DNA from: Spirochaetales bacterium
GTDB taxonomy: Bacteria; Spirochaetota; Spirochaetia; Sphaerochaetales; Sphaerochaetaceae
NCBI GenBank assembly: GCA_012728215.1
Contig: JAAYFO010000111.1
Coordinates: 1-56,086, forward strand
Length of the DNA: 56,086 bases
Direction: 5' to 3'
Shown here piece by piece: positions 53,921 through 56,086 of this stretch (position 1 is its first letter; each line of letters begins with the position of its first letter). The notes below the pieces were generated by a model. It had not been told where the DNA came from and did not search any database. It was given only the letters and a program-made list of their open reading frames with translations. The translations under genes and the position numbers were made by a program.

Positions 53921-54655
53921 ATGGAAGAGACAATGATTTCAGAAAAGATTCGCATCATTCTTGTGGATACACAGGATGGAGCGAACATCGGAAGCGTCTG
54001 CAGGGCAATGAAGACAATGGGGCTTTCGCAGCTGGTTCTTGTGACCGATCGAATATACGACGAGAACAGAGTGAGGACTCTTGCGCTTCACGCCGCTGAC
54101 CTGTGGGAGAATCGAAAGGAATTCACAAACCTTTCGGAGGCATTGGAAGGCAGCAGTCTTACAGTAGCCGCAACCCGCCGCAAAGGCAAGTTCCGCAAGA
54201 CTTCAGCATCCAGTCCCGAGCAGTTGGTCAAAATGATTTCAGACATGGGAGACGGGACAGTGTCAATCGTGTTCGGAAGAGAATCCGACGGGCTCACTGA
54301 CGAGGAAGTCAACAAGTGCAACATGGTTGTGACGATTCCTACAAGCGATGCCTTCCCTTCATTGAATCTGGCACAGTCAGTCCAGATAATCTGCTACTGT
54401 CTGTACACCGGTCTCAAGCCATATGGCAGCGGAAAGGCGGTAGTCACAAGTCAGAGAATCGAGGAATCTGCCTCGAACATGATTCAAGCCATTGAAAAAA
54501 CCGGCTATTTCAAGACAAATGACGAAAAAGTCCTAACAGATTTGTTCTTACGTGATATAATTGCTCGAAGCACGCCGACCGAGGCCGAGCTTCAGAGAAT
54601 TGAGAAGATATTCACCAAGCTATCAAGAATCAAGGTGCACAAGGAGTTACAATGA
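53921..54655 (+). CDS. SpoU/TrmH-family RNA 2'-O-methyltransferase, TrmJ-like
   Basis: IRIILVDTQDGANIGSVCRAMKTMG, FGRESDGLT, and the SPOUT knot region SLNLAQSV. Confidence 0.8.
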   Translation: MEETMISEKIRIILVDTQDGANIGSVCRAMKTMGLSQLVLVTDRIYDENRVRTLALHAADLWENRKEFTNLSEALEGSSLTVAATRRKGKFRKTSASSPEQLVKMISDMGDGTVSIVFGRESDGLTDEEVNKCNMVVTIPTSDAFPSLNLAQSVQIICYCLYTGLKPYGSGKAVVTSQRIEESASNMIQAIEKTGYFKTNDEKVLTDLFLRDIIARSTPTEAELQRIEKIFTKLSRIKVHKELQ

Positions 54656-55758
54656 CATCAAAAGTATATTTTTCCGACTTCAGAATCAGGAGAGATGAGA
54701 ATCTCGTCGAGAAGTTTGATAGGCTCTATGACCTTGCAGGTCTGGGGTCAATGGACCTCAAGGATAAATTCGTTGCAATAAAGATGCACTTCGGTGAACT
54801 GGGCAACTTCGCATATCTTCGCCACAACTATGTCGCAGGACTTGTCTCCTACATCAAGGCTCATGGAGGGAGACCATTTCTCACCGACTGCAACACACTG
54901 TACACTGGTTCAAGGACAAATGCCCTCGACCATCTGGAGACTGCCATGCTCAACGGCTTTACATTTTCGACAGTGGGAGCTCAGGTGATCATTGCCGATG
55001 GCCTGAAGGGTGACGATGAAGTCGAAATCCCAGTGGAAGGAGCCGTTTATTCAAAGACTGCACTCATTGGAAGAGCACTGGCTGATGCAGACGTCATAAT
55101 TTCATTGACCCACTTCAAGAGCCATGAATCCACAGGATTTGGCGGATCACTAAAGAATCTGGGAATGGGCGGAGGTTCCAGAGCGGGAAAGAAGGACATG
55201 CACAGCAGCTGCAAGCCCCGAATGGGCACTGGCAAATGCATCGTATGCCACAAATGCCAGAAGGCATGTGCCCATGATGCGACTGATTTCTCATCGGGAA
55301 AATGTCAGATCGACTATCTCAAGTGTGTCGGATGCGGACGTTGTGTGGAAGCCTGCCCGACAGGAGCGATAATTCCAGGGACAGACGAGAAATTTGCAGT
55401 GCTGGATTACAAGATCGCCGAATATACAAAGGCGATTCTGAACGGCAAGCCAAGCTTCCATATTTCATTTGCCATGGATATCTCTCCATTCTGCGACTGC
55501 TATGCGAGCAACGATGCCCCGATAGTTCCGGATGTAGGAGTGTTTGCTTCATTTGATCCGATTGCTCTGGATACGGCTTGTGCTGATGCAGTGAACAAAA
55601 TGCCGATAAATCCAAACAGTCTCCTTGCCGAACGCAATTCATCTGAGCATGACCACTTCTGTGCCCTGCATCAGGAAACCGACTGGCACGCACAGATTCT
55701 CCATGGCATTGAGTTGGGTCTCGGTTCTGACAAATACGAACTGGTAGAGATGCGATAG
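54652..55758 (+). CDS. DUF362 domain protein with a 2x[4Fe-4S] ferredoxin insert
   Basis: CIVCHKCQKAC and CVGCGRCVEACP cluster motifs lie inside a DUF362-like scaffold. ATGA overlap with the methyltransferase gene. Confidence 0.75.
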   Translation: MTSKVYFSDFRIRRDENLVEKFDRLYDLAGLGSMDLKDKFVAIKMHFGELGNFAYLRHNYVAGLVSYIKAHGGRPFLTDCNTLYTGSRTNALDHLETAMLNGFTFSTVGAQVIIADGLKGDDEVEIPVEGAVYSKTALIGRALADADVIISLTHFKSHESTGFGGSLKNLGMGGGSRAGKKDMHSSCKPRMGTGKCIVCHKCQKACAHDATDFSSGKCQIDYLKCVGCGRCVEACPTGAIIPGTDEKFAVLDYKIAEYTKAILNGKPSFHISFAMDISPFCDCYASNDAPIVPDVGVFASFDPIALDTACADAVNKMPINPNSLLAERNSSEHDHFCALHQETDWHAQILHGIELGLGSDKYELVEMR

Positions 55759-55796
55759 CTTGAGATTTTTCCAAAGCTGAGATATAAACAAGACTA

Positions 55797-56086
55797 ATGG
55801 ACAAACACAACACTTTATCTGACCGACAGCTGCGCCACGCAAAGAATGCCTTGATTGTGATTACAATCGTGGTGATTCTTGCTGTTCTGAAGTGGTCAAG
55901 GGAAGTCAGCATTGTGATTGTTCTTTCCATCTTCCTCTTTCTTCTGCTCAACCCAATAGCACGGAAACTGGAAAAGGCGAAGATTCCACCGATTCTTGCG
56001 ACAATCATCTCGATGCTTGTTCTGCTGATGGTGATCTTCACTGCAATAATCTTTTTCTTCTACGCTGTGGATCTTCTCATCAGAAC
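55797..56086 (+). CDS. AI-2E family transporter, N-terminal fragment running off the window
   Basis: My translation from the ATG at 55797 is MDKHNTLSDRQLRHAKNALIVITIVVILAVLKWSREVSIVIVLSIFLFLLLNPIARKLEKAKIPPILATIISMLVLLMVIF. The TM pattern and the NP..RKLEK.KIP motif match AI-2E N-termini. Confidence 0.65.
   Translation, partial: MDKHNTLSDRQLRHAKNALIVITIVVILAVLKWSREVSIVIVLSIFLFLLLNPIARKLEKAKIPPILATIISMLVLLMVIFTAIIFFFYAVDLLIR

Overview
This is a chromosomal, mostly housekeeping window from a bacterium of moderate GC content (not computed). The gene content suggests a diderm anaerobe, possibly Spirochaetota-like, but the taxon cannot be established from here. That content includes tig-clpP-clpX, proBA/proC, tldD-pmbA, fumC, cls, mltG, a PpiD-like chaperone and a signal-peptide patatin with a barrel-like C-terminus. 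I support about 53 CDS (two run off the window edges) and 2 tRNAs: Pro-CGG at 21231-21303 and Leu-CAA at 41650-41733. I also call several promoters, terminators and operator-like palindromes. I see no rRNA, CRISPR array, transposase, integrase, prophage or recognisable defence gene, so no clear-cut novel multi-gene system is evident. The best candidates for new biology are: (1) an in-frame QueH-nitroreductase fusion that keeps an internal Shine-Dalgarno (43909-45036). (2) A paralog of the DEAD-box helicase that keeps only a degenerate RecA1-like remnant plus the DbpA RNA-binding domain (50814-52196). (3) A NusG_II / double-length Gx (ECF-S-like plus EcfT-like) / HAD / MFS operon lying divergent from a two-component system (26627-32595). 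(4) A 346-aa protein with sigma-70 region-2-like and region-4-like signatures (10532-11572). (5) Recurrent extended -10 boxes 6-9 nt upstream of ATGs that lack a Shine-Dalgarno, which suggests leaderless mRNAs. (6) A perfect 14-5-14 palindrome abutting the start codon of a Fur-family-linked metal ABC importer. All functional calls rest on motifs I recognise by eye, and no database search was run.
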